Shown here piece by piece: positions 12,601-24,995 of a stretch of DNA of 64,000 bases (position 1 is its first letter; each line of letters starts with the position of its first letter). The stretch lies in NCBI RefSeq assembly GCF_009914755.1, contig NC_060927.1. The stretch is one strand, 5' to 3'. The notes beneath the pieces were generated by a model. It was not told where the DNA came from. It saw only the letters and a list, made by a program, of their open reading frames with translations, and did no database searches. Both the position numbers and the translations under genes were made by a program. The stretch is from the human T2T-CHM13v2.0 reference genome, Homo sapiens.

Positions 12601-14323
12601 ACAAAAACTTTTTATATATTTAGAATTACACAGTTTCGAACCATATTAAATCCATTTTATAGCAGTATGAAATGAGACGAGGATAATGTGTATTGAAATA
12701 CCCTGCGACATTTGTAGAATAATATGGAAGTAGCCTAGAGATACCTCGTTCCTCAGTGAGATGCATTGCCATTTTTGTTTATTAACAAAATCCTCCTGGT
12801 CACCATTTCAGCTCACCCAGAAGTTAAACTCCTTATTCTGTATGTTTGTTCATTTGTAATTAATGATAAGTGTTTTTTAGTGTTAGCGTCTTCGTAGTTA
12901 GCACGAAGGAGCTTTACAGAAGCCTCAACTTGTTTCTCGAATTTTAGTAAAGTTGATTTCACCATAGAGCAACTCCTCTTTGTGTATTTACATATCTCTA
13001 TTACTGTAATTTTAATTTACTGAGCAAGAGTCAACATCTATATCATTATGTGTGATTAGAGAAAGAAGATCTATTAACGTTTTCCTAAACTTATACTGCT
13101 TTCCCCCCATGGTTGACCCTACCATATGAAAAAGAGACTCGTGGTTGAAATGGTACGTTGGATGAAAACAATGAATGACAATAAAGTTGGAGAGAGGGGA
13201 GAAACAGCTGCTGGAAAATCTCTCTTATCCAATGTCCAGAATGCTGATTGTTTTGGGGAGGAAGTAAATTTGTATTGGCTTAGGGGAAATCAGTTTGTGG
13301 ACAATACTGGTTTGGGGAAACTTTGTTGCATTTCTAATTTCCTGACCTGGGTCGTTACAATCAAACAAAATTTTATTCTTTTCACTTGCACTCCAGATGG
13401 AAGAAAATGTAAACAGCTGTCCAAGCGGTGATGGAGCCTTTTCTTCCACATTCTTGCATGTCATTATGTTAGAGATTTACTTTCTCAGCAAATTGAAACC
13501 TCTAAACCAAGCAATCAAATTTTTCCCCCTCTCCCTCTCTTTGTATTCCAACTGTCATCAATTGCTTACTTTCAGAAATAGTTTTCTAAAGATGAAGCTC
13601 TGTTGAATATGCATGGTCATTATCATATTTACTCTCATCAGTACCATATAGCATTATGTTGTTTACAATAATTAGCTGCTGGAGGCAATCCTGTAAACAC
13701 AGCCATGTGACAGCCCAAATGGAGAGAATCAAGTCATTGTTAAGAAAGAGAATAGGTATGCGCCGGTTGGACTCCTATGCTGTGGTTATTGGTGGTGATT
13801 GCAATGTATGGGTCCAGTCCAAAAAGAAATCTCTTACTCAATACTTCTCTAGTTGCTGGGCACATATGAAAGAAATGAAGACATGAGGGAATTCAGATGG
13901 TTAAATAAAGCTAACAAGACAGATTTTTCTTTTTAAAATTTTGTTTAAGTCTGTGGGCTAACCATATTCACTTAGGAAGCAATACATACAGTAAAAATGC
14001 AAAATTAATATATTTAACTTAAACAAATTTAGATTTATGCATAGGGTATGCCCCTATTTAGGGTACACCCCTATTACTCATATTAAGCAGACAGTTGATG
14101 CAATCACACAGAAAACAATCAATGCAAGCTATCAAAATCTATGAAAGTATGTATAAAGTTTATTTCAGGGTTTCCTGACCATTAGAAAGAATTAAAATTC
14201 ACTGTTTAAGCGAGCCTCAAGTAGATAGTGATAAAATTATCACTATTCTCAGGGAAGAAATTGAAGAAAATTGAGGGCAATAAAGAAATATTACTAATAT
14301 AGAATTAGAGGAGCAGAGATATA

Positions 14324-14385
<62 letters not shown>
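14324..14385. repeat. Compound microsatellite (TG)6(TA)17(CA)8
   Basis: Read directly. Confidence 0.95.
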
Positions 14386-14499
14386 AAGCTTTATGTGTTA
14401 CTTAATGGGAGTTTTATAAGCTTTTCAAGGATTATTTTAATTTTATGGAATTGCTGCTTTCCTTGAACTGCCTCGAAAAATGTTACTCCACAATCTATT

Positions 14500-14710
14500 A
14501 ACTAATTCAACACACATTTATTGAGTACCTCCTAGATTGAAGGCACTACTCCATGGAGAAAACATGAATAATCAGACACTTTTGCTTTTAGGAGCTGACA
14601 GTCTCAATGGTACTGATACATCAAAGTAAAATGTGATGCAATTTCATAGCAGAATCAACAGTGTGCTAACCAAGCATGAAGAAGTATGGAAAGTGATGTG
14701 AGAGGAAAAA
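14500..14710 (-). mobile_element. L2 3' end relic
   Basis: attcaacacacatttattgagtacct...aggcact...aggagctgacagtct. Confidence 0.6.
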
Positions 14711-15216
14711 CTCTTTATAATTTGTTCATTAAAATATATTGCAGTTTTAGAGTTCCATTGTGTTTACCAAATTATCAAGAGAATACAGAAAATTCCAATA
14801 AATAGAGAAGAAGTGGGTAAAATGTAGGTCTTTACTAGCTTATTTTAAGATAGAGTAAATGTATATTAGTGCATATACTTTTGTGTTTTGCTTTTTCTTT
14901 TAGTGAGAGAGGGCATAATTTTCAAAGCTGTGTTGTGGCTAGATAGGGAATACACAATTTAGATAGTGAAACAATCAAGCCCATTCTAAGTGCCAAAAGT
15001 TTAATCCCTTAATGAGAATCTAAAAAAGTTTTTTTTTTAAGTGTCTCTGAGAAATACTAATGGTAACTTTAAAAATGTATATATTTATATGCTTACTTTT
15101 ATTAGCGATTCTTAGTAAGCTCCCCCATACCAATAATCTCATATTACTGAGCAATCACTCCATGTAGTTAGAGCAAAAGTCTTCTGCTGTTGTACGGAAA
15201 AATTGATCTTTAGCCT

Positions 15217-15610
15217 GTGTAGTGGATGTTGTTGTTGATTGGCACAGATCTTTTCTGGGTCTGCACTTGTCCATCAACTGCTCTGAGTATTATCTCAGTG
15301 GTTGTCTTTTCTCGGCCAAGCCAGAGCCCCTACGGCTAGGAAGGTATGCTGCTCTCTACCTACCCTCTTCCAAAGCCCAGAGCCAAGACTGACTGTTTTT
15401 CTTGCCATAAAATGGAATCAACTTTCTGGCACTATCCATACTCTGGAGCTTCCCACTGGACAGGCTGAAGTTAGGTTATAGCTACTTAGCTTTTCCCCCC
15501 TGGCTTATCCTGCTTTTTTTACTCCCCTTATCCAGAGAGCACGTGTCCAATACATTACTGGAAAAAAGAATTCTCATCTCAGACTCTCTTCTAGGGAGCC
15601 TGAACTAAGT
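15217..15610 (+). mobile_element. ERVL solo LTR (LTR16 family)
   Basis: Starts tgtgtagtggatg; ends catctcagactctcttctagggagcctgaactaag, typical LTR16 terminus. Confidence 0.7.
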
Positions 15611-17444
15611 TAATATCCCTACATTCCCAGTACCTAACCCAGTGCCTGACATATGTCAAATTCAGTTAGTGATAATTGAATGAATGCTGAATGACGTTTG
15701 CATTCATGGTATTAGCCATTTGGCAATACTCAGGACTCTCAGTTTATTGCAGGATGTATGTCTTGATAGACCTCTCTACACTACAACATTCAAAAGGGAA
15801 ATCATTTTAGTGACCACTTACAGATTCATGAAGTACAACATTGAAAATCCACTGACATTTTTGTTCTTTGCTTTTTTTTTCTGGTTCCTCTCTACTTAAG
15901 GAAGTCAATTTTAGAGGTGATCCACTTATCTGATACTAGATTCAGCCAAGTTGCAGAAGCAACAACCAACACAACTAAGAACAAATAAAATGAAAATAAA
16001 AATAAAAAAATCTGGAGTTTAAAAACCAAGCGTGTTGTAGTCAATAAAGTGTTAAAATTTTTTAAAAGTTTTCAAAAATACATGCTGTAAATAAACTGAG
16101 GATTGACTAGCTGCACAGCCTCAATAAAAATATTGAAGACATTATGAAATGGTACACTTGCATGATGATTTATAATTTACACATGGGTATTAATTTGAAA
16201 CTACCCCAAAAAATACAGCCTACTTACATAGCTTCAGAATTTAACCCTTCTCCCATTTTTCCCCCAAAAGTGTCCAATTATCTCCTGTCAGACCTGACAG
16301 TGAGTTATCTTGTTAAAGAGCTTGCAATTCCATTATAGACAAGCTCCAAATATTGATTTGTGCCTTTTATTTCCTTGGTCTTTGACATCATTGTAGGACT
16401 AAAAATGTTCAAATCTGTTGCTGCATGACAGAAAGAAAATGGTCAAGAGATCTCAGATACATCAAAAAATAGTTTACTGAATTTATACTTCACAAGACAC
16501 TGTTTTTGTAGTGTAGGCCTACGTGGGTCCAAAGGAGAACCAAGTACAAAAGTGTGAGCAGGGAACAGCTTTGGAACACACTCAGTAAAGGTACCTGGAA
16601 GGGGCTTGTCAGGGAAGCCTCCATGGAGTGGCCTCAGAGAGGCACACTGACATCATGGCAGCCAACAGAGAAGGAAATATTGTCTTAAACAGAATTCACA
16701 ATGCCTATTTTGTAGGCATGCAAATTATTAAATATTTAATGTGAGCTCTTGGGGTAAAGCAAACAAATATATAAACAAAAACTCTTTGTCTCTTTACCCT
16801 TTGAAATCTATGTCACCATAAATAGCTAGAAAAATGCTCATTGAACAAATAAATGAATGAGTGAATGAATGAACGATAAATTCAGAATAATTACTTTGTA
16901 TTTATTTGGCACTAGATGGGGGAATAAAATATGTTCCTTGAACTCCAGTTTTCATAATCAGTTTGTTCACCTGTAATTGATGATTTTCACTTGATTTTAG
17001 GAATTTTTGGTGTGATAATAGGTGGATTTGAAAATGTCAGGTTTTATCATTAAATAAATAGTATTCTAATAGAGAAAGTAGAAATTGAATAATTATCTAA
17101 TAAATTCCAACAGTGAGAACTACTAAGTTGGATAACCACCCTGAAGTAATTTGTATTTTTCTTTCAGAGTAAATTCTTTTAACATATGTTTAATTTCTTT
17201 AAATGACTCCACTCAACCTAAGATAATAAGAATAGCAGTGGCTTTTTAGAGCATTCGGATTTCAAATACATTTTCTGGTAATAATGTTTCTACCAAATAA
17301 AAGAGGATTAACTCTGTAGAGTATTTTAAAGTTGTGTTCTTACCGTATAATCACACAGACATTTATAGTTAATGCTACATTTCTTCCATTTGCAGATTTA
17401 ACTAACACTTTCATGAACATTGTTCCATTTTTTTTGTTCCAGTA

Positions 17445-17745
17445 GTTTATCTTTACAATAAACAGGTAACTATAAGCAAAGTGCTATCCTGAGTTCTGTG
17501 AATCCTTCTAGAAAATTATGGAATCTGAGACAATGTAATGGGAACCCCCAGATTTATAGCCTGTGGGTCAGGACCCAATGGGAATTGGTTACTGACATAT
17601 TAAGTGAGAGCAGTCTTGTGGGAGTGAGACCTTAACCTGTGGGCCTGTGCTATCTAAAGACAGTGTCAGAATGGAATTGAATTATTGGATATTCAGGTAG
17701 TGTCAGAGAGCTGGAGAAGACACAGCATATTTGATGTCAGGAGGA
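17445..17745 (+). mobile_element. MER21-family ERVL LTR fragment
   Basis: cctgagttctgtga...gggaacccc..gatttatagcc...gcagtcttgtgggagtgagaccttaacctgtggg...gtgtcagaatggaattgaatt. Confidence 0.8.
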
Positions 17746-17779
17746 AAAGATCCTTTTATCAACTGAGTCAAATTTTGAG

Positions 17780-19140
17780 CTACACTATAAAAGAAAAATG
17801 TCGAAATTGAAAAAATTTTAAATACAATTAAATGTGTACAGATAGACACAAAAACACTGAGTGGAATAACTTGGAGATAAATTTGAAAAAATATCCCTTA
17901 ATTAAGATAAAAAACAGTCAAGGAGAGATAGAGAGTAAGAAAAGATATAACAGATTTCATTGGATCAATCCGATGAATTAAACACAAATTTATTATAATC
18001 TTTTAGAGACAAAAAGCAGACTAAGAGTGGGGGAAGGTGTCATCAAATAAAAAAAATTACCGGCACTTGAAAGACACAAATGTGTGTAGGAATACAGAGA
18101 ATCTAAACTGATAAGTGAGAGGAATTTTTAAAAATAACATACCTAAACATACCATCATAAGATCTCAAAACACCAACAGAATGTGCTAAAACTTCCAGAA
18201 AAAAGAAATCTACAAAATATTGAGAATCAGGCTGGCATCACATATCACATCATTAAAACTAGTCTCTAGGAAATAATGCTTTCAAAGTTTGTCAGGAAAT
18301 TATTTTGACTATAAATCCTATTTCAGTCAAATAACCAATGCCAAAATAAATATTTTTCAGACAAGAAGACTCACGGGATATTTGCAGGTATGTGCCAGAA
18401 AAACTTAGAGTGAAAACCAAGAGAAAGGAAGATTTGAGATACAAGAAACAATGACAATAACTTAGAAGTGCAATGAAAATAAGCCTCAGGATGATGCCCA
18501 AAAAGGGACCAATTTAGAAAAGGAAATTCTAAGAATCTAAGTTGAATGTCTTCAGAAAATGAAATGGAGTCAATTAGAAGTAATAATGAATAATAAATTA
18601 GAAAATGCTAATTAATATTTGAAAAATATTTTCCTTCTCTGGACAAGAAAAATATAAAATAAATGAGAAAATTACAAAAATACAAGGCATCCAAGTTTCA
18701 AATAAAAAGTAAAATAAAATGTACTATGATCCTAAGCAACTGATGAGTTCAGAAAATAAACAATTTATCTGGACGTGACTCAAGAAATAGTTTTTATTAA
18801 ATGTCTTAGAAGTAGTGGACACTGAAACCACAGGAAAGAAAAGTGAATCCAAAATAGTTTAAATGTTGCTAATGGTTTTCAGTATTTCAAATCAATTGGT
18901 AGAAAACCCACAGAAGTCTTAATTATGTTTACTGGACCAAAAACAATGTTATCACAACTGACAAATGTAAAGGAAACTAGAGGCTGGTGGACAAAGTTGA
19001 AGGAAGAGTAGGAATACTATTTTTTTTTGTTTTTTTACATAGTGGAGTGTGTAGAAATAGTTTCTAAATGTGATGAAATAGTGAGATGTTTAGGTGTAGT
19101 ATTTGCAGATTTAAAGGTAACCAACAGGATAAAAATAATA
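17780..19140 (+). mobile_element. HAL1/ancient L1 ORF1-type relic
   Basis: A-rich degenerate ORF1-like sequence (aaacttccagaaaaaag, gaatcaggctggcatca, aatgctttcaaagtt, aaaccaagagaaaggaaga). Confidence 0.5.
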
Positions 19141-19496
19141 AAGCTCAAGATATAGGGAGAAAAGTTATCTGATAAATCCTTGTGTTAGTAGAAGCCGGAA
19201 GATGCTGTCTAAAGTTACTTAAGCAAATAGAACTACAAATAAGTATTTGTAAACTAAACATAGCATTTTGAATATAAAATTTGAAATAACTGAAACCCCA
19301 TAAAGTTAAAAGTACTTGCATCTGGGAAGGATAGCTCAGCATGAGGAGGGGCAGAATGCAATCATTGGTAAAACACAAAGCAAATCTTTGCTTTTCTTCC
19401 ACATTCAAAAGTGCCAAAATCACCTATTTTAAGAGTAAAACTAAATAATAAAAAATGCAACAATTTTATTTCCATTTCTTTGTTTCTCATAACATT

Positions 19497-20105
19497 TGTT
19501 AATAGTTCTTGAGAACCTCTTCCAACCCTTTCAGCCTCCTGTCTTGTGTCAGCTGATTCTGTGCAGTCTTTGACCAGATTCACACAACTGCCATCTGACA
19601 GCATTTGCCTCCAGTCCTGCATTGTGCCCTTTGTTTTCTGCCTCAGGGCTTCTGTGTCCTCACAGCTGTGAAATACCCATGACTACTTGTTTAACATACA
19701 CATATACACACAGCAGATGGCACATGTATACATAGGAAACAAACCTGCATGTTATGCACATGTACCCTAAAACTGAAAGTATAATTTTAAAAAATAATTT
19801 AAAAAATTTTTTAAAAAAAAAAGAAGTGTGAAGGAGTTAATGACCTTCTGGGACAAATCTAACAAAAAGGGAGTCAGAAGCTGGGGGAAAGATGCTTCTG
19901 AGACTTACTTAAGTTTCAAGTGGTGCAATGGGACAGAGCAACAAGTCATCATAGCAATAGAATAGACAATGACACATCCTTGTATTGACTCTTCTTTCTT
20001 GTCTCCGCCATCCCTCACGCTTCTTGAGTTCATATTCTGGATTTAACCACCCACATGGAAGCCAATATCTCTGGTTCTGCTTTGAAGAAAACCAAGGCTA
20101 AGACC
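19497..20105 (+). mobile_element. 5' LTR (LTR16 family) of ERVL provirus, interrupted by an L1 3' fragment
   Basis: gaagtgtgaaggagttaatg..., acatccttgtattgact, terminus ctctggttctgctttgaagaaaaccaaggctaagac. Confidence 0.7.
19711..19822 (+). mobile_element. L1PA 3'-terminal fragment with A-rich tail inside the LTR
   Basis: atggcacatgtatacata..aaacaaacctgcatgttatgcacatgtaccctaaaactgaaagtataa + A-rich tail. Confidence 0.85.
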
Positions 20106-21948
20106 CAAAGACCATAAGCATAATTGGCAGTAAGGCCTGAGTGACAGCAAAATGCCTTTACTGTAGGAATCAGTGGCGACTAATAGATTATGATGTTCCT
20201 TTGGATGTAAAACATTGCCAGTGTACTAAGGGGTTACTGGACTTGTGATATTAAAAACAAAAGTTTAAAAGAGAGCTAAGGAGCAGAAGGCTGATATCAA
20301 AGATCACAATGAAAAATCCACGGTGTTTTTGAGTTGTAAATTTCCATATGTCACTTCTAACCCAGGGCTACTTGGCTACCTGATTCGAGGTGGACCAGGA
20401 AGAGCCTGTAATGACACTACAATTGTACATAGTGAAAATGCCTCTGATTCTTCCTTAGAGAGAACTGTGGCCATTTACCACCATACTTGTACTCTGGAAG
20501 GAGGAATATCCAGAATTTGGGGAATTTTTGAGAATTGTCGGATATAAGTCTGAACTGACGCCTGTCAAGCTATGATAGTCCACTAGTTAATGTGGACTTT
20601 GGAATCCAGATTGAAAAAAAAAAAAGGCTGACCCAAGTCTGTGTGTGCACTGTATATATGGACCAATTATTTGGTTATTTCCCCAATTCCTTAATATAAA
20701 ATTGGATAGATATGCCTAATTGTCAGCCAGCAAAACCTTCAAATTGGCTTCCTACCATACAGAGTAAGAGTTGCTATGATAGAAAAGCCAACTGAAAGAT
20801 TCCTAAATATCCTTTCCTTTCCCTACCCCCAGGCAAAAATATGAAATCTGAAGAAATAACACATCCCCTGAGGAAATGTGCAAATTAGCACCACCAGAAA
20901 AGATTTAAAAATTGTAATGTTAGTACTCCATTGTATCTCTGTTTGATTGAGCTGCAACAACAAAAACAATAACAACACCAAGTGGGTTGGGCAGTTGGTG
21001 AACTACATATACCATTAAGGGTGTAGCCCCAAATGTATCTGCTGTGCTACCTGTGTTCTCTTTGCTAGAACATGTCAACACAGCCTTTGAAACTTAGAAT
21101 GTAACTATTGGTCTAATGATTGTGTTTTTTGCAACTCACATCAGAAGAAGAGAACAAAAGCAGATTGTCTCTTCATGTGAATGACAGTAGTACATTTTCA
21201 GCGTCTTGTTACAGGGCTGTTTACATTCTCCTACCTTGTTTTCATATTATAGTCCAGGGCACCTTGATTATCTTTGAATTATTCAGAATATTACTCTGTT
21301 GCACTATACTGAAGATTATCCTAATTGACCTGGTCAGCAAGAAAGACAAGTAATTTAGATGTCCTATTAAGATAAACATGCCATATGGTGGGACATAAAT
21401 CCACAAAAGCCCTGGAACTGTTATATTAAAAATACCTTTGGATTTCCAAATATCTATGGCATCCTAAGACATCCCTTCTAAGATTAAGAAAAACACCTTA
21501 TTTCATCTTATAACTCTTATTATTAAGGGCAAGTCCTATTACTTGGTGGGCTTTTGGATTTTTGAGCCAATATCTATTGTACCTATAAATACTGACCAAC
21601 TGAAGAGGGAAGAAAATACCTCAAGCCTATGTAACAATTCACTTGGTGTGAAATGTTTCTGTGAGCCAAAAGTGGGCTGATGTCTCATTGTTTTTCATCT
21701 CAGAGGTGGTTCTAAACAAAGTGGCAAATAGAAATCTTTCTGGAAGGTGGAGCTGTGAGCTGTGCATTCGTTGTTCTCTTTTTAGGCATGGTAAAGTGAC
21801 CAGAGTTACAAATACACATCAACTCTTGACCAGTGGTGAATGGTTTGTCTGGTTAGTAAAGAGTCTGGTAAGGACAAGAATGGAAGTTAAAAACAAGGAA
21901 CAAATCTTGATGATGATTTGCTCATTTCTTTGTGTCTCATGTTAGTGT

Positions 21949-21962
21949 CCACCAGAGGGCAC
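21949..21962 (+). promoter_or_regulatory. Candidate CTCF site
   Basis: CCACCAGAGGGCAC fully matches CCASYAGRKGGCRS; motif only. Confidence 0.45.
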
Positions 21963-22396
21963 CCACTGCAAAGAGGCGGTCAACCACCTAGCTGTTGACC
22001 AGTAGAGAACAACCTGTTTGGTGAATGTCAGTTTTCTTTCTTTGGCCACAGGAGTGCTAGTGCAATGAGCCCATGAATTGAGTGTCCATGGCCTCAGGAA
22101 TAGTAGTGAAGCATGGATTCAACAGCATGGGCTCCCTCAAAGCAGAGAAGATGACGTACTGCCACTGCTGATTGCCTAGTCCACTGGCAACAGAGACCAA
22201 TCATGACTACTTAATATGACATCATTCCTCAAGGAGTCCAGCCACACTCTTGATGATTATAATAGACATTATCCACTCTAAAGGGAACAGTGATTTATTC
22301 TTATCAGTACTGAAAACTACTCAGGGTATAGATTATTTTTTTTCTCTGCCAGCAACACCATCTGAGAACAGAATGCCTAATCTATCATTATGGTGA

Positions 22397-22942
22397 GATA
22401 TATGTGTGTGTGTGTGTGTGGTGTGTGTGTGTGTGTATATATGTATATATGTCATATATGTATATATGTCATGTATATGTATATATGTCATGTATACGTA
22501 TATATGTCATGTATACGTATATATGTCATGTGTACGTATATATGTCATGTATACGTATATATGTCATATATGTGTATATATGTCATGTATACGTATATAT
22601 GTCATATATGTGTATATGTGTCATATATGTGTATATATGTCATATATGTATATATGTCATATGTGTATATGTGTCGTATATGTATATATGTCATATATAT
22701 GTATATGTGTCGTGTATGTATATATGTCATATATGTATATGTGTCGTATATGTATATATGTCGTATATGTATGTCATATATGTATATATGTCGTATATGT
22801 ATATATGTCGTATATGTATATATGTCATATATGTGTATATATGTCATATGTGTCATATATGTGTGTGTATGATATATATATATGTCATATATGTGTGTGT
22901 ATGATATATATGTCATATATATCATATATATACATATATATA
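22397..22942. repeat. ~550-bp TA/TG-rich micro/minisatellite
   Basis: (TG)n then variant units ATATATGTCAT, GTATACGTATATATGTCAT, ATATGTCGTATATGT. Confidence 0.95.
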
Positions 22943-23827
22943 AAAAACTAAGATCAAGGGACCCATTTTGTAGCAAAGGATGAATGACGATGGATGAATG
23001 ACAATGGAATTTTCAGCGGTTTTATCATGTACCCTGTCACTCAGAGGCAGCCAGTCAAAAATAATGATGGAATAAACTGTTCAAGATTCAACTAAGTTGA
23101 GAGTTCCAGGAACATACCCTGCAGAGTTAATGCTCAGTCCTCTAGAATATGAAATATGCGCTAAGCCTGCATTTAATATATATGGTTCTGTGCATAGTGG
23201 GTGGAAGACATGGATCCAGGAAATGACAGGTAATGGTAACATTAGTCTTTCCATTTGCAGAATTTTGGCCTCCCATCCCCATGAGTCCTACCTGTTCTCT
23301 TTAACTATCTTATTCCAATAGACCCAAAGAAAAAGAAAAAAGTTAATATATGAGTAGATATAATTAACCCATAATGCCATAAGAAGCCTTATTTGCTGCT
23401 ACACAGTGGCATCTGGAAGAAGTATGTTTGCAGTGCTGGCAATTCAGTGGAGTATCTCCTAAGATTTACTGTACAGTAATAATTGTGAAAGGGCAAATAC
23501 AGCAATATAGTTTCACTAGGGCAAAGTATGTAAGATTATCATCTCTTCAAGGAAAAATGTCTGGATTACTCAAATAGATAAGCAACCTGGAAAAGTAAAA
23601 TTAGTAGTGAAGCATGAAGAAAGTCTAGATTTGGAAGTAAAGAAATGAGATGATGGATATGAATTACGGCTTAAGACAAGTTCAGTAAGCTTGTGAATTT
23701 TTTTCTCTAAGTCTGTTACCCTTAAGTCATTACAGGGAATTTGGCTGACACAATTCAGAATCTGACTTTGTTACTGATTGGACTTAAAGAAGGTCATGAG
23801 TAGATCTGAGTGGTTCAAAGGAGGAAC

Positions 23828-24504
23828 TATATTCTATGCCTTGTTTTTCTGCATCATTTCAAATATTCTCATCCTGACCAAACATTCAAGCTAATGCTTC
23901 ATTCAGCCTAACATAAATATTACCTGACAGTGATCCATTTCTCACAATTCTCATTTCCCATCCAGCAGTTTCTCTGATACTGAGTACTCACACAAAGCTG
24001 ACTCTTACTCATATAGGTATGTACTCTAGATGTGTAGAAGAGTTAATATCCCACAGGACAAACTTTGACCAATATGTGGGGTGGCCACACAGCCTCACTG
24101 GCTCAGGATTGATTTCAGCTATACCAGTTTTTTCAGTTACTATTATTAATACTTTCTCCTTTCACTCTGGTTATTGTCCTGTTTTACATAATGGGGTATA
24201 TGGTCACCTTGTTACTAAGGTATCGGAGCCAATAGATAGATGCTTCTTCCATGCTTAATTCAGGTGGAAAGCCCTGAGAGGCATTTGATACACTTTAAAG
24301 ATGTCTCTATACTATTGAACACGTATTCCTATATGGTGTTGAAAAACTCAATACATCCTTTTATTGGCTTTTCCTTGCTCCATTTTTAACTCACACTGTG
24401 ATTACTGTTTTCTGAGATCACGTTTTGAAATGAGTGGCTAACGTGACAAAAGGCAAAAACTCTTTGACTGAAGCTCCGCTCTTGGGAGAACCCAGACTAA
24501 GTCA
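23828..24504 (+). mobile_element. 3' LTR (LTR16 family) of ERVL provirus, interrupted by MER94
   Basis: Follows PPT; gatgtgtagaagagttaatatccc..., atacatccttttattggct, terminus ctccgctcttgggagaacccagactaagtca. Confidence 0.7.
24077..24211. mobile_element. MER94-like hAT-Blackjack MITE
   Basis: Degenerate TIRs tggggtggcca ... tggtcaccttg; internal attattaata..cctttcactct..tgtcctgttt..tatatggtcacc. Confidence 0.65.
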
Positions 24505-24529
24505 GCTTGGTTTCAATAAGTGATAATAT

Positions 24530-24995
24530 TGTATCGACTAGTTATGGTTCCATAGAAAATCATTTCAAAATTCAGTGGCTTAAGACAAGAAGAATTGATT
24601 TCTCTCCCATGTATACAAGATGGATGAGGGTAAGGTCATCTAGGCTGTGCTTAGTTGGGCAGCTCTGATGTTTACTGAGATCTTTGGATCAACAGGAATA
24701 GCTCTGTTCCAAGTACTTTTCATCCTCCATGGATTGCAGTTTAGCCAAAGTGAGTTTTTCTATGGTAATAGCAGAGGTAACAAGAAGGTAAGAAGAAACA
24801 CAAACGACAATTAAAGCCTAGGCTTATAGCCAGCACGTTGTGACTTCTATTCACATGTTATTGATCAAAGCAAGTCACATGTTTAAGCCCCAAATCAAGG
24901 GGCAGAGAAGAATACTCCATCTATGATCAGGCAATGGCAAGAGTGTATGTGCAGGGAAAGGTGAGGAATTGAGGCTAATAAATCAATCTACCATA
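24530..24995 (-). mobile_element. MaLR solo LTR (MLT1I/J/K-like)
   Basis: aaaattcagtggcttaagacaa; caaagcaagtcacatg..aagcccc; gaattgaggctaataaatcaatctacca. Confidence 0.75.

Larger units (their letters stand above)
20106..23827 (+). mobile_element. ERVL internal region (ERV3-16A3-like): degenerate pro, RT, RNase H, integrase; most of gag absent
   Basis: Decayed codons for ERVL motifs: ~20540 (LLDTGSELT), ~20850 (KQYRIPGG..EISATIKDLK), ~21190-21270 (QYTFTVLPQG..SPALCH), ~21300 (HYIDD), ~21940 (SHVNAHQR), ~22060-22200 (IN HHCC), ~22950 (DQGTHF), ~23025 (YHVP..PEAAG); PPT-like aaaggaggaac before the 3' LTR. Confidence 0.8.

Noticed and set aside
19710-19723. CTCF-like ACAGCAGATGGCAC at the L1/LTR junction
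   Set aside because: Mismatch in the core and formed largely by common L1 3'UTR sequence
22390-22976. Overlapping 124-181 aa ORFs rich in Y/V/C/I/M
   Set aside because: Artefact of the TA/TG minisatellite lacking stop codons in several frames
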